DNA from: Nanobdellota archaeon
GTDB taxonomy: Archaea > Nanobdellota > Nanobdellia > SCGC-AAA011-G17 > JACPNG01
Direction: 5' to 3'
DNA length: 55,108 nt
Assembly: GCA_038046345.1 (NCBI GenBank)
Contig: JBBSWJ010000011.1
Location: 1-55,108, forward strand
This document shows, one piece after another, positions 18,826-29,065 of the stretch. The translations under genes and the position numbers were made by a program. Position 1 is the stretch's first letter; each line of letters opens with the position of its first letter. The notes beneath the pieces are model-generated. The model saw nothing but the letters and a program-made list of their open reading frames with translations. It searched no databases and was not told where the DNA came from.

Positions 18826-19410
18826 ATGCTTGTTAAAGACAAAAAATTACTCGCAACTGGAAAACATGCAATAATATATACTGCAATGCTAGGCACTAAA
18901 AAGATTGCAATAAAACAGCAAAGAAAAGACACAAAATCAATGAATATTGCACAAAAAGAAGCTTACTGGCTAAGAAAAACAAATAAAAAAGGAATCGGAC
19001 CAAAACTATTATTCTATGAAGGTAATTATGTTGTTTACGAGTTCGTTGACGGAGAATATTTACCATTATGGACAGAAAAACATTCAAAGGAAGAGATACT
19101 AAAAATTATTAATAAAATACTAAAACAATGCTATACCTTAGACAGACTTGGAATCACAAAGGAAGAAATGCATAATCCATACAAGCATATCCTCATAAAA
19201 AATGAGCCTGTACTAATTGACTTTGAAAGAGCTAGGAAATCATTAAAACCACAAAATTTAACACAATTCTGCCAATACATAACCACCGGAGGATATAAAG
19301 CAATACTTAAGAAAAAGAAAATAATATTTGACCCACAAAAAACAAGAAAGCTGGCAAAAGAGTATAAGAAAAACTTTAAAAGGAAGATCTCAACAAAGGA
19401 TTTACTATGA
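18826..19410 (+). CDS. Archaeal Ser/Thr protein kinase-like (RIO/Bud32-related, COG2112-like)
   Basis: ATGKHAIIY P-loop region, IAIK, KEA..LR, GIGPKL, YEFVDG, LIDFE. Confidence 0.8.
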   Translation: MLVKDKKLLATGKHAIIYTAMLGTKKIAIKQQRKDTKSMNIAQKEAYWLRKTNKKGIGPKLLFYEGNYVVYEFVDGEYLPLWTEKHSKEEILKIINKILKQCYTLDRLGITKEEMHNPYKHILIKNEPVLIDFERARKSLKPQNLTQFCQYITTGGYKAILKKKKIIFDPQKTRKLAKEYKKNFKRKISTKDLL

Positions 19411-20252
19411 TAGAAAACCAGATCAAAACAGTTATCCTATTAGGCTTACTCACAGGAATATTCTTATGGGTTGGAAGTATATGGGGAAGCACAGGGTTAA
19501 CAATTGCTATAATCTTTGCTATTGTGTTTAATCTTGGAAGTTTATTGTTCAGTCATAAAATAGTACTAGCCATGTACCATGCAAAAGAAGTAAGTGCATC
19601 AGAAGAGCCAAAGCTACATAGCATCATACAAGAATTATGCAGAAGAGCAGAACTACCTAAACCAAAAATTTATCTAATAAACTCGGCAAACCCAAACGCA
19701 TTTGCGACTGGGCCCGGATACAAGACAGCAGCTGTAGCATTCACAACAGGTATAATTAACCTGCTTAATGATGAAGAACTAAAGGGAGTAGCAGCACATG
19801 AATTAAGTCATGTAAAAAATCGTGATACCCTCATAGCTACCATAGCAGCAACTATTGCAGGTGTTATTTCATATGTAGCATTTGCAGCAAGATGGGGGGC
19901 AATATTCGGTGGAGCGGGTAATGACAGAGGCAGAGGAAATGTTGCAGAATTATTAGTATTAGCAATTTTAACACCAATACTTGCAATGTTAATACAATTA
20001 GCAATATCAAGATCAAGAGAATTCATCGCAGATGCTACAGGAGCAAAACTAGCACATAATTCAAAAGGACTTGCAAGCGCATTAGAGAAACTAGAAAATG
20101 GATCAAGACATAACCCCATGAAGATTGGCACACAATCAACACACAGCTTATTTATAGTAAACCCATTATCTGGAAAAAATATTTTTAGATTATTATCAAC
20201 TCACCCTCCAACAGAAGACAGAGTTAAAAGATTAAACGCTATGAAGTTTTAA
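19407..20252 (+). CDS. htpX: M48 zinc metalloprotease HtpX
   Basis: PNAFATG, AAHELSH, SRSREFIADA, STHPPTEDR. Confidence 0.95.
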   Translation: MIENQIKTVILLGLLTGIFLWVGSIWGSTGLTIAIIFAIVFNLGSLLFSHKIVLAMYHAKEVSASEEPKLHSIIQELCRRAELPKPKIYLINSANPNAFATGPGYKTAAVAFTTGIINLLNDEELKGVAAHELSHVKNRDTLIATIAATIAGVISYVAFAARWGAIFGGAGNDRGRGNVAELLVLAILTPILAMLIQLAISRSREFIADATGAKLAHNSKGLASALEKLENGSRHNPMKIGTQSTHSLFIVNPLSGKNIFRLLSTHPPTEDRVKRLNAMKF

Positions 20253-20275
20253 GAGAATTAAAGTTTAATATTAAA

Positions 20276-21184
20276 ATGAAAATATTAGTTACTGGCGGTA
20301 CTGGATTAATAGGATCAAACCTTACAAGGAAACTTCAAGATGAAGAACATAACGTTTTAATCACTGGAAGCGATGTAACTTTAAGAGCACCATGGTTTAA
20401 AGGAAAGTGTTTATACCCTAGCTTTATAGGATTAAACTGGGATGATATCGGAAAAGTAGATATATTATTTCATCAAGCAGCAATAAATGAAACAACACTA
20501 CTGGATAAAACAGAAATGTTCAGGGCAAATGTTGAATCCTCTAAAAAACTATTTGAACATGCAATTAAACAAGGATGCAAAAGAATTGTGTACGCTTCAT
20601 CAACAGCAATTTACGGAAATGAACCAGCACCATACATAGAAGGAATAACAAAACTAACCCCATTAAACCCGTATGCAGAATCAAAAATTGCACTTGAAAG
20701 AACAGCACATGAATTAAACAAAAACCATCTCGATGTAATATTTGTAGGGCTACGATATTGTAATATTTACGGTCCTGGAGAACGCTTTAAAGGAAAAAGA
20801 GCCAGTATGATTTTACAAATTGCTAAACAAATGAAAACAGGAAACCCAAAATTGTTCAAGTACGGAGAACAAAAAAGAGCTTATCAATACGTAGAAGATA
20901 CTATACAAGCAAATATACTCGCAGCAAAAGCAAAACAAAGTTGCATAGTTAATTGCGGAACTGATAAACCAACATCATTTAATGAAATTGTTAAAATACT
21001 TAACAAAGTTCTAGGATTACAGAGAGCACCAGAATACATAGACAACCCAATTAAGGACAGATACCAAACATTTATACAATGCGATATGACACAAGCAAAA
21101 GAAAAAATAGGATTTATACCACATATTGATATAGAAACTGGAATTAAAAAATATCACAATAGCGGGGAGCTACTTGCGAACTAA
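20276..21184 (+). CDS. NAD-dependent epimerase/dehydratase, HldD/RfaD-like
   Basis: GGTGLIG, YASSTAIYG, YAESK, LRYCNIYGPGERFKG..ASM. Confidence 0.85.
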   Translation: MKILVTGGTGLIGSNLTRKLQDEEHNVLITGSDVTLRAPWFKGKCLYPSFIGLNWDDIGKVDILFHQAAINETTLLDKTEMFRANVESSKKLFEHAIKQGCKRIVYASSTAIYGNEPAPYIEGITKLTPLNPYAESKIALERTAHELNKNHLDVIFVGLRYCNIYGPGERFKGKRASMILQIAKQMKTGNPKLFKYGEQKRAYQYVEDTIQANILAAKAKQSCIVNCGTDKPTSFNEIVKILNKVLGLQRAPEYIDNPIKDRYQTFIQCDMTQAKEKIGFIPHIDIETGIKKYHNSGELLAN

Positions 21185-21229
21185 AGATACAACACCTAAA
21201 ACAAGAGTCATCGCAAATAAAACTACAAT

Positions 21230-22447
21230 CTACTTTTTTATCCATTCAACATCTTTATCATCGAAATCAAACTCTTTAACAACAAAATTATTAATATAAT
21301 TTTTAAGAATAATCTTATAAAAAAACATATCCCTATTTGTTCGCTTAACAGAAGAATTAGTAACAGCAGCAATCTTTTCAGACACTAAAAATTTACGCTT
21401 ATTCATAATAAACCAAAGTTTTCTATTATGCTTTGGAGAACGAAACGATCCACGAACACTAACCGGATTGGGATTTTTAGAATTCTTCATCAAACAAACA
21501 GAAGCAAGCATAGACTGTACATAAACCAGAAATCTATAATACTGCCAGCGACCAATACGACCATGAAATACATCCGATTTAGACAAACAATCAAACGCAC
21601 CATCTAATGAATCATACTCATACGGGATATTCTCTTCTAAAAGAAAACGAACACAAGACTCTTTGCTAAACAGCACCGGGTAAACCTTTCTACCAGACAA
21701 ATCAACAAGATCAAAATCACTATTCTGCAAAGATTCTTCAGCTAAAACTAGATCTTTTCCTTTAAGAATCTTAATCAAAATATCATGAATAGCCTCGCGA
21801 CGAGCTCTGCCTAAAACGTTAAAGAACCTTTCCTCTAATCTTCCATCAACAGATAAAATTTCCAGATCCAACATAGCAGCACGAACATCACCGCAGGAGT
21901 TTACTGCAATATCTCTAAGCAATGAACTACTTGCAGATATGTTCTCTTTATTTACAATACTGCTCAACAGGGAATGAATCTCAACAACAGAAACTGGAGA
22001 AAACTCAACAAGGTTACATTTGGATTTCATAGATTCAATTTTTTCAGACTCAATATTAGTTGTAGTCATAATAACAGGAAAAGATATCTCATCAATAAGA
22101 GACATTAGAGCTTGTAAGCCACCACGATCATATCTACCAGATATACCTTCAACTTCATCAATTAAGATAATCTTCCCGGTACAGAATAATGAATGCTGCT
22201 TACCAAATTCGCCAACAATTTTAGTAATAGCATCTTTGTTACGGATATCAGAAGCATTTACCTCAAGGATTTCATAGTTTAAATCATTAGCAAGAGCATG
22301 AACCGCAGATGTTTTTCCAGAACCAGTTGGGCCATAAACTAGAACAGCTTTATTCTTAATCTTAATAAAATTTGCCAGCTTAGCTAACGCAGCAGACTGA
22401 CCTAATATTTCTTTACAAGAGTTTGGTTTATATTTTAAAGTAATCAT
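21230..22447 (-). CDS. rfcL: Replication factor C large subunit
   Basis: KYKP, GPTGSGKT, EVNASDIR, ILIDEVEG, GDVRAA, SKSDVF.GRI.R.Q.YR. Confidence 0.92.
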   Translation of the reverse strand: MITLKYKPNSCKEILGQSAALAKLANFIKIKNKAVLVYGPTGSGKTSAVHALANDLNYEILEVNASDIRNKDAITKIVGEFGKQHSLFCTGKIILIDEVEGISGRYDRGGLQALMSLIDEISFPVIMTTTNIESEKIESMKSKCNLVEFSPVSVVEIHSLLSSIVNKENISASSSLLRDIAVNSCGDVRAAMLDLEILSVDGRLEERFFNVLGRARREAIHDILIKILKGKDLVLAEESLQNSDFDLVDLSGRKVYPVLFSKESCVRFLLEENIPYEYDSLDGAFDCLSKSDVFHGRIGRWQYYRFLVYVQSMLASVCLMKNSKNPNPVSVRGSFRSPKHNRKLWFIMNKRKFLVSEKIAAVTNSSVKRTNRDMFFYKIILKNYINNFVVKEFDFDDKDVEWIKK

Positions 22448-23001
22448 TTGAAGAATCTTAATATATTTTTATTAAAGTTTTTATACAGTTTGTTAGCCTC
22501 TATTTGAACGTCATTATCAACTTGGCCTTTCATATCCTTCTTAATAGACTCTTCACCAAATAAATTTTCTAAAACTTTTTTTTGAATTAAATAAACCGGC
22601 AAGTGAGACTTAAACTCATGATCTTTAGCTGGATAACGTGCATTCAATTTGTGGATAAGAGTTTTAGTTGAGCGATGAGATGACAATAAAAAATGGATCA
22701 ACTCATGAATTAACACAGCCCGAACACGAGAAAACTTGGGATCCATCTTAATAGTTAAAGGCATGGAAAAAGCAGTAAACTGCATATTCTTAATGACATA
22801 ACAGTCTATCTTTTTTTGAAAGTTTAAACCGGAAACCTTCTCTATTTCTTTAATTATTCTTTTTTCTTCATTCTCCCAGAAAACTTCAAGATCACTAATG
22901 TACTGTTTTACTTCAACAATTTGGGCATTAGAGAACTCCTGCAAAGCCATGGAAGTAAGCATATTATCATATGCAGGTGAATAAATAAATGAAAGCTTCA
23001 T
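22444..23001 (-). CDS. Hypothetical protein with HExxH motif (zincin-like)
   Basis: VLIHELIHFL plus downstream H; 4-nt overlaps with both rfcS and rfcL. Confidence 0.65.
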   Translation of the reverse strand: MKLSFIYSPAYDNMLTSMALQEFSNAQIVEVKQYISDLEVFWENEEKRIIKEIEKVSGLNFQKKIDCYVIKNMQFTAFSMPLTIKMDPKFSRVRAVLIHELIHFLLSSHRSTKTLIHKLNARYPAKDHEFKSHLPVYLIQKKVLENLFGEESIKKDMKGQVDNDVQIEANKLYKNFNKNILRFFK

Positions 23002-23948
23002 AATGATGATAACCTCGCAAGAAATGCTTCAAGCTGCAAGAATTCATCAGCACCCTCAACCATGCGGAACTCAGTCTCACCACAATGAACAAGAATTTGG
23101 TATTTTATTTCATCAGAAACTTTTAAATTCCAGGTTTCTTCAGATACCTGTTTAATTATATCAAGACCAGACAGCCCTTGTTTTAGCATTACATCCAACA
23201 GCTTAGACCTAGACTTAATAAAATCTTTGTTTATTGCAAGAGCTAAGACACTCCTAATCTCTTCAGGTTGAGCAGCAGAAACAATCTCAAAAATAGAATT
23301 TTTAGTAATAGTCTTATTAATAGAGGCACAAGATTGCAAAATGTTTTCTGCGCGCCTGACATCACCATGTGAAAGATTAATTAAAGATTCTTTTGCATCG
23401 CCAGCAATCTTTAAATTTTCTTTTTTAGAAATATTATCTATTACATTAGACAACGCCTCTTTTTCCAAAGGACGAAACCTAAAAACTGTGCATCTCGAAG
23501 AAATCGGATCAATAATTTTTGAAGAGAAATTACAACTTAAAATAAATCTGGTAGAATGCGCATAAATCTCCATTGTCCTTCTTAACGCTTGTTGAGCTTC
23601 TCTAGTCAAGGCATCTGCCTCATCCAAAAAAATAATCTTTATCTTACCATGCATTGATTTTGTTCTAGCAAAATCTTTAACTTCATTCCTGATAACATCA
23701 ATCCCTCTTGAATCAGAAGCATTCAAAGCAAGAATATTATGTTGCCAAGTATCTCCAAATAATTGTTTAGCTATTATTAATGATAAAGTTGTTTTTCCTG
23801 AACCTGCAGGACCAGCAAACAATAAATGAGGAATGGAGCCCTGCTTGAGCATTGCAGCAACTCGCTCTTTAATAATATCTTGCCCTTGAAAATCTTCAAG
23901 AGATTGAGGGCGATATTTTTCTATCCATAAAGTATGTTCTTCTGTCAT
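22998..23948 (-). CDS. rfcS: Replication factor C small subunit
   Basis: WIEKYRP, GPAGSGKT, LNASDSRG, DEADAL, AQQALRR, SRC. Confidence 0.96.
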   Translation of the reverse strand: MTEEHTLWIEKYRPQSLEDFQGQDIIKERVAAMLKQGSIPHLLFAGPAGSGKTTLSLIIAKQLFGDTWQHNILALNASDSRGIDVIRNEVKDFARTKSMHGKIKIIFLDEADALTREAQQALRRTMEIYAHSTRFILSCNFSSKIIDPISSRCTVFRFRPLEKEALSNVIDNISKKENLKIAGDAKESLINLSHGDVRRAENILQSCASINKTITKNSIFEIVSAAQPEEIRSVLALAINKDFIKSRSKLLDVMLKQGLSGLDIIKQVSEETWNLKVSDEIKYQILVHCGETEFRMVEGADEFLQLEAFLARLSSL

Positions 23949-24048
23949 TTATATGGTCAACAAGATGAGCCTTATAAGGATTATGTAGCTGTCTTAATAT
24001 AATCAAAAAATATTCAAATAAAAATAAAAAAGAAGGACTAAAAAAGTA

Positions 24049-24384
24049 TTAGTTATCTTCTTCGCCTTCAAACGTGTCTTCTTCAGTTGATTCAGCTTCC
24101 TCTTCTTCTTGCTCAGAATCTTCTTCAGCTGATTCTTCCTTTGCTGATCCTTCTCCTACAATCTCTGCAAAACCAACCTTTGATAGTACTCTAGTCACTC
24201 GTACTTTGTAGGTTTGACCTTGCTTAGCATTTGCAATGAAAAGAACAAAGCCCTTTACCTTTGCAACACCATCACCTTTTTCGCCTATAGCTTCTATAGT
24301 TACTTCCGCTTCGTCACCAACCTTTATTGGTGCAAAGCGCCTTCTTTGTTGTTGTTGGCGGTATCCGCCCCTACCATTGTCCAT
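24049..24384 (-). CDS. Single TRAM-domain RNA-binding protein with acidic tail
   Basis: PIKVGD..EVTIEAIGEKGDGVAKVKGFVLFI; Glu-rich C-terminus. Confidence 0.9.
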   Translation of the reverse strand: MDNGRGGYRQQQQRRRFAPIKVGDEAEVTIEAIGEKGDGVAKVKGFVLFIANAKQGQTYKVRVTRVLSKVGFAEIVGEGSAKEESAEEDSEQEEEEAESTEEDTFEGEEDN

Positions 24385-24543
24385 ATTTTTAACACTTCTC
24401 CATATATTATTACCCTAACGGGTTGGAATTTAATAAAAACTGGTATATATAAAGGTTGTGAAGGCATTCTTGAAATATCTCCCGGGCTAAATTACCCCTA
24501 TTTTCCAAAACCAATATAAATCTTAGACCATAGAAAAAAATAG

Positions 24544-27438
24544 ATGTACGACTTCAAGGATATTGAAAAAGAGCAGAGAGAGTACTGGAGACGGCTAAAT
24601 CTATTAAAAAAGCTTGAAGAACGAAATAAGCATGGAAAACCTTACTTTCTGTTAGACGGACCACCATACGCAAATGCGCCCCCCCACGCGGGACACTTAA
24701 GAACATCAGTATACAAAGATGTCCCAATAAGAGTTGCGTTCATGAAAGGGATGAATGTACTATTTCAACCTGGCTTTGATACTCATGGGCTTCCAATAGA
24801 GAATAAGGTAGAAAAGGAGCTTAAAATATCTTCAAAAAGGGACATAGAAAAGTTTGGAATAAGCAACTTTACAAAAAGATGCAAGGAATTAGCTGCTACA
24901 AACGAAGAACATTTTATGAAATTTTATGACGATGTTAATTCATGGTACAGCTGGAAAACCCCTTATCATACATTTGATAACTCCTATGTTGAAGCAGGAT
25001 GGTGGACCTTTAAGAAACTATGGAAGCAAAAGCAAGTATACGAGGGAGAAAAACCAGTATTTTGGTGCCCAAGATGCGAAACCTCACTAGCTGGATATGA
25101 AGTAACAGACTCTTATAAAACGTTAAGCGATCCAGCAGTTTACATTAAATTTAAAGTAAAAAATAAAGATGAAAGTTTACTAGTTTATACAACAACACCA
25201 TGGACACTAATAAGCAATGTAGCACTAGCAGTGCACCCAGATGAATCATACATAAAAGTAGAAACTGTACAAGGGGTGTTAATACTAGCAAAGGAAAGAA
25301 TTGAAATTCTAGAAAAATTCGAGATGGGGTACAAAATACTTGAAGAATTCAAAGGAAAAAAACTAGAAGGAACAAGATATGACCCAATAATAGAAGTGCC
25401 ACAACAAGATGAGCTACATAAAAATAAAAAATGCCACATGGTCTATCTATCAATACCAATATTAAAAGAAAGAGCAGCAAGTAAAGTAGCAGCCAAAAAA
25501 GGCATCTCAGAAATGAAAGATATTTTTGAGGATTTTGTAACAGTACAAGAAGGAACAGGGATAGTACATACCAGCTGCGGTCATGGTAAAACAGATAATG
25601 AAGTAGGAAAGCATTACGGCCTGCCAGAACCAAGCCCATTAGACAATGGAGGAAAGTTTACAGAAAAAGCAGGACAATACTCTGGTAGATTTGTAAAAGA
25701 TACTGACATGGATATAATTGAAGCGTTAAAAAAAACAAATATGCTTTTACATTATGAAAGGGTGGAACACAGCTATCCAGTATGCTGGAGATGCAAAAGC
25801 CCATTGATATTCAGAATGAGCAAACAATTATTTCTTAAAGTTAATAGAGAGTTGATGTTAAAAGAAAATAACAAAGTAAGATGGGAACCAAAATACGCAA
25901 AAGAAAGAATGGACGCATGGATAAGCAATGCTGAAGACTGGAATATCTCAAGGCAAAGATACTGGGGAATACCAATACCTATCTGGAAGTGTACTTGCGG
26001 TAATTTACAAGTCATAGGATCAGTTGAAGAATTAAAGGAGCTATCAAAAGACCCTATAACTGAAGACTTTGATTTGCATGATGCGAGCTACATAAAGATA
26101 CAGTGTAATAAGTGCCTTGAATGGATGGAAAGAACAAAAGACATCTTTGATGTGTGGTATGATTCTAGTATAGCTCCATGGGCAGCATTTGGATACCCAA
26201 AAACAAACAAAGAAATATTTGAAGAACACTACCCGGTATCAAGAGTTAATGAGGGACAAGATCAAATACGAGGGTGGTTCTATTATCTGTTATGTTGCGG
26301 AACAAACACGTTTGGGAAAAAACCTTACGATTATGTAGGGATGCCTGGATGGGTAGTGGATAAAAAAGGAGAAAAAATGAGTAAGAGCCTTGGTAATGGC
26401 ATTGAAGCTCAGGAAGCAGTAGATGAAGTGGGAGGGGACGCAGTAAGGCTGTACATAATGTGGGATGCAGCACCTTATGATATTATAAAATTTAATATTG
26501 ACACAATAAAAAAAGAAATTTGGAAGATATTTAACGTATTTCTCAACTTAAAAATGCTATTGCTATCGCAAAAAAGGATTAATAAAAAGAAGTTGGTCTT
26601 GGAAGATGCATGGTTATTATCAAAACTAAACAGCATGACCAAAGAGTACAAACAAGGTTTAGAAGACTTTGAGTACCACATATCTGGGCGGGCAATAGGA
26701 AATTTTATTTTGAATACACTATCAAGAGAGTATATCCAGATTGTCAGGAATAGACTAGACAAAAATGATGAAACAGTAGCATGGGTACTAAAAGAAGCAT
26801 TAGTAAAAATTAGTATATTATTAGCCCCAATCAGCCCGGGCATAAGCGAAAAAGTTTACAGAGAAATAACTAGAAAAGAATCAGTTCATCTAGAACCGTG
26901 GCCGGAAACAAACGAAGGAGTAATTGATAACGAGCTAGAAGAACAATTTGAAGTCGCTCAAACAGTTATAACCAGGATACTAGCAGAACGTGAAACAGTA
27001 AAATTAGGGATAAGATGGCCATTAGCCAAAGTAACAGTCAACACACAAGATTCAAAGATTAGAGCTGCTGTGATAAAAACAAAAGAAATTATTTTAAGAG
27101 CGGTTAATATAAAAAATATTGAGATAACAGAACAAAAAATGGAAGACAAATTAAGTATAAGACTAGACACTGAGCTAAGCGATGAACTAATATGTGAAGG
27201 ATACGCTAGGGAAGTAATAAGAAGGATTCAAGATTTAAGAAAGAAAACCAAACTAAAAAAGGACGACAGAATTAAGTTATACATCTATGGAGAATATGAT
27301 TTAGAAGATTGGAAAGAAGAAATCAAAGAACGAGTAGGCGCAACAGAAATTAACTTTGAACAATATGAAACAAAATATAAGTCAAGAGAGAAGATAAAAG
27401 ATTATGAGTTTACAATTGGTATTGAACTAATAGCATAA
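24544..27438 (+). CDS. ileS: Isoleucyl-tRNA synthetase (archaeal/type 2)
   Basis: DGPPYAN..HAGH, TTTPWTL, WNISRQRYWG, EGQDQIRGWF, KMSKS. Confidence 0.96.
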   Translation: MYDFKDIEKEQREYWRRLNLLKKLEERNKHGKPYFLLDGPPYANAPPHAGHLRTSVYKDVPIRVAFMKGMNVLFQPGFDTHGLPIENKVEKELKISSKRDIEKFGISNFTKRCKELAATNEEHFMKFYDDVNSWYSWKTPYHTFDNSYVEAGWWTFKKLWKQKQVYEGEKPVFWCPRCETSLAGYEVTDSYKTLSDPAVYIKFKVKNKDESLLVYTTTPWTLISNVALAVHPDESYIKVETVQGVLILAKERIEILEKFEMGYKILEEFKGKKLEGTRYDPIIEVPQQDELHKNKKCHMVYLSIPILKERAASKVAAKKGISEMKDIFEDFVTVQEGTGIVHTSCGHGKTDNEVGKHYGLPEPSPLDNGGKFTEKAGQYSGRFVKDTDMDIIEALKKTNMLLHYERVEHSYPVCWRCKSPLIFRMSKQLFLKVNRELMLKENNKVRWEPKYAKERMDAWISNAEDWNISRQRYWGIPIPIWKCTCGNLQVIGSVEELKELSKDPITEDFDLHDASYIKIQCNKCLEWMERTKDIFDVWYDSSIAPWAAFGYPKTNKEIFEEHYPVSRVNEGQDQIRGWFYYLLCCGTNTFGKKPYDYVGMPGWVVDKKGEKMSKSLGNGIEAQEAVDEVGGDAVRLYIMWDAAPYDIIKFNIDTIKKEIWKIFNVFLNLKMLLLSQKRINKKKLVLEDAWLLSKLNSMTKEYKQGLEDFEYHISGRAIGNFILNTLSREYIQIVRNRLDKNDETVAWVLKEALVKISILLAPISPGISEKVYREITRKESVHLEPWPETNEGVIDNELEEQFEVAQTVITRILAERETVKLGIRWPLAKVTVNTQDSKIRAAVIKTKEIILRAVNIKNIEITEQKMEDKLSIRLDTELSDELICEGYAREVIRRIQDLRKKTKLKKDDRIKLYIYGEYDLEDWKEEIKERVGATEINFEQYETKYKSREKIKDYEFTIGIELIA

Positions 27439-27465
27439 TTATTATAAACTTTAAGCACATTAAAA

Positions 27466-28083
27466 ATGCTAGTGAGAGGGTTAGTATACATTCCTTTGCC
27501 TAGCAGTTTCTGTGAAGATATCAAAAGATATAAACGACTAATCAAACCGGTTATTAGCCCAATACATACTAAACCATTACACTGCACATTAATGGCCGGC
27601 AGGTTTTATGATGGATCAAGGGATGACATTGTAAAAAGTCTTGAAGAAATTGTGATTGAATCATTCCCGATTGAGCTGGGAAAAACTGGTTTGAGTGAAG
27701 GAGTTTATTCAGAAGATACTATTATTACGCTTGTTGTACCGTCACAAGCACTTCATGATTTACATGTTATGGTTATTACCAAACTACAAGAGTATATAGA
27801 CCATGATAACACCCCGCCATTATCAAAGAGATACCGTCATAATCCCGGAAGAAAAGAAAGCTATTTAAAATATGGAAACCCTCATTACGGTGAATTTTAC
27901 ATACCACATATCGCAGTCGCAATAGTTAATAAAGGAACGTTCATAAAACGTAAATATCAACTGCCTAAACATAAATTTTTAGGGGAAACATGGGAAGTAG
28001 ACACTTTCTGTCTAAGCACATCTAGTGGTGATGTAACAACAGATAGTTTTAAGTTAACCCATCATCCTAGGATAAAACTTTAA
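27466..28083 (+). CDS. 2H phosphoesterase (2'-5' RNA ligase superfamily)
   Basis: Two spaced HxT-like motifs: LHCTL and PHIAV. Confidence 0.7.
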   Translation: MLVRGLVYIPLPSSFCEDIKRYKRLIKPVISPIHTKPLHCTLMAGRFYDGSRDDIVKSLEEIVIESFPIELGKTGLSEGVYSEDTIITLVVPSQALHDLHVMVITKLQEYIDHDNTPPLSKRYRHNPGRKESYLKYGNPHYGEFYIPHIAVAIVNKGTFIKRKYQLPKHKFLGETWEVDTFCLSTSSGDVTTDSFKLTHHPRIKL

Positions 28084-28188
28084 TTGTTTTATCTTTTTGT
28101 AAATCCATGGAGCAATAATAGCATCAAAACTTTTATAGTGAACCTCTGGAATTTGTCCATGTAAATCGCCAATAATCAAAAACTTCAT
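28054..28188 (-). pseudogene. N-terminal remnant of calcineurin-like metallophosphoesterase
   Basis: Manual translation MKFLIIGDLHGQIPEVHYKSFDAIIAP, then sequence diverges exactly where the GD motif is expected; stop after 44 aa. Confidence 0.65.
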
Positions 28189-28279
28189 TTTTAACCTATA
28201 CGGAGTAATTAATTAACTTATAAACAAACTTTATATAGTTTTCGATATGAATATTCTTTATAATACTTTAGGAGGCCGC

Positions 28280-28846
28280 ATGGCAGTACAAAAAAAATCA
28301 AAAGGAAAAGAAGTGACACTACAAAACATAGTAGCAACAACATCATTGGAAGCAGACATCCCCCTTATAAAATTAGCAGAAACATTACCTAATACAGAGT
28401 ATAACCCAGAACAGTTTCCAGGGCTGGTAATGAGGATAAAAGAACCAAAAACATCAGCATTGATATTTAGTTCAGGGAAAGTAGTTTGCACTGGCGCAAA
28501 AAGTATGAAAAAAGTGAAAGAGTCAATACAAGCAATAATCAAAAACGTAGAGAAAATAAAGGTAAAGGTTACACACGACCCAAAAATAACTGTACAAAAT
28601 ATGGTAGCATCCGGGTCAATAGGCATGGACTTAAATCTAAACTTCCTAGCAATGCACTTAGAAAACACAGAATATGAACCAGAACAGTTTCCAGGACTAG
28701 TCTACAAGTTAAGTGGTACAAGAGCTACTTTCCTGCTTTTTAGTAACGGGAAGATAGTTTGCACTGGTACAAGAAGCGAAAAAAAACTGCATGAAGCAGT
28801 AGATTTATTAATTGACAATCTTAAGAAGGAAATAAGTAAAAAATAG
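28280..28846 (+). CDS. tbp: TATA-box binding protein
   Basis: Two repeats of NIVA/NMVA..EY.PEQFPGLV..FSSGK.VCTG; GGAGG SD before ATG 28280. Confidence 0.97.
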   Translation: MAVQKKSKGKEVTLQNIVATTSLEADIPLIKLAETLPNTEYNPEQFPGLVMRIKEPKTSALIFSSGKVVCTGAKSMKKVKESIQAIIKNVEKIKVKVTHDPKITVQNMVASGSIGMDLNLNFLAMHLENTEYEPEQFPGLVYKLSGTRATFLLFSNGKIVCTGTRSEKKLHEAVDLLIDNLKKEISKK

Positions 28847-29065
28847 TCAGTATGAAACATACTTCTGTAGCCTTCAATAGAGCAATACTTAAATGCCATG
28901 CTTAAAGTATTAATAGCACATAAGAATCAGCTGGCTATGCCCTTGCGGTCAAGCACTGCAATGGTATTAACAACAATCATGAAAATCTTACTATTTTAAT
29001 AGAGAAATGAATATAAAATAAGCTTAGTACATAAACTAAAACCCTTTCTTAAAAAAGAGCTAAAA

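Noticed and set aside
24544-27438. HAGH variant of the HIGH motif as a mupirocin hyper-resistance signature
   Set aside because: HAGH keeps both His and the Gly and falls within ordinary HxGH variation.
28847-29065. Possible ncRNA or small ORF between tbp and mcm (hairpins GTATG-AAA-CATAC, AATACTT/AAGTATT, CTTG-ACCG-CAAG; 33-aa ORF)
   Set aside because: No C/D or H/ACA boxes or known riboswitch core; hairpins are short and may be terminators or chance; needs covariance analysis.
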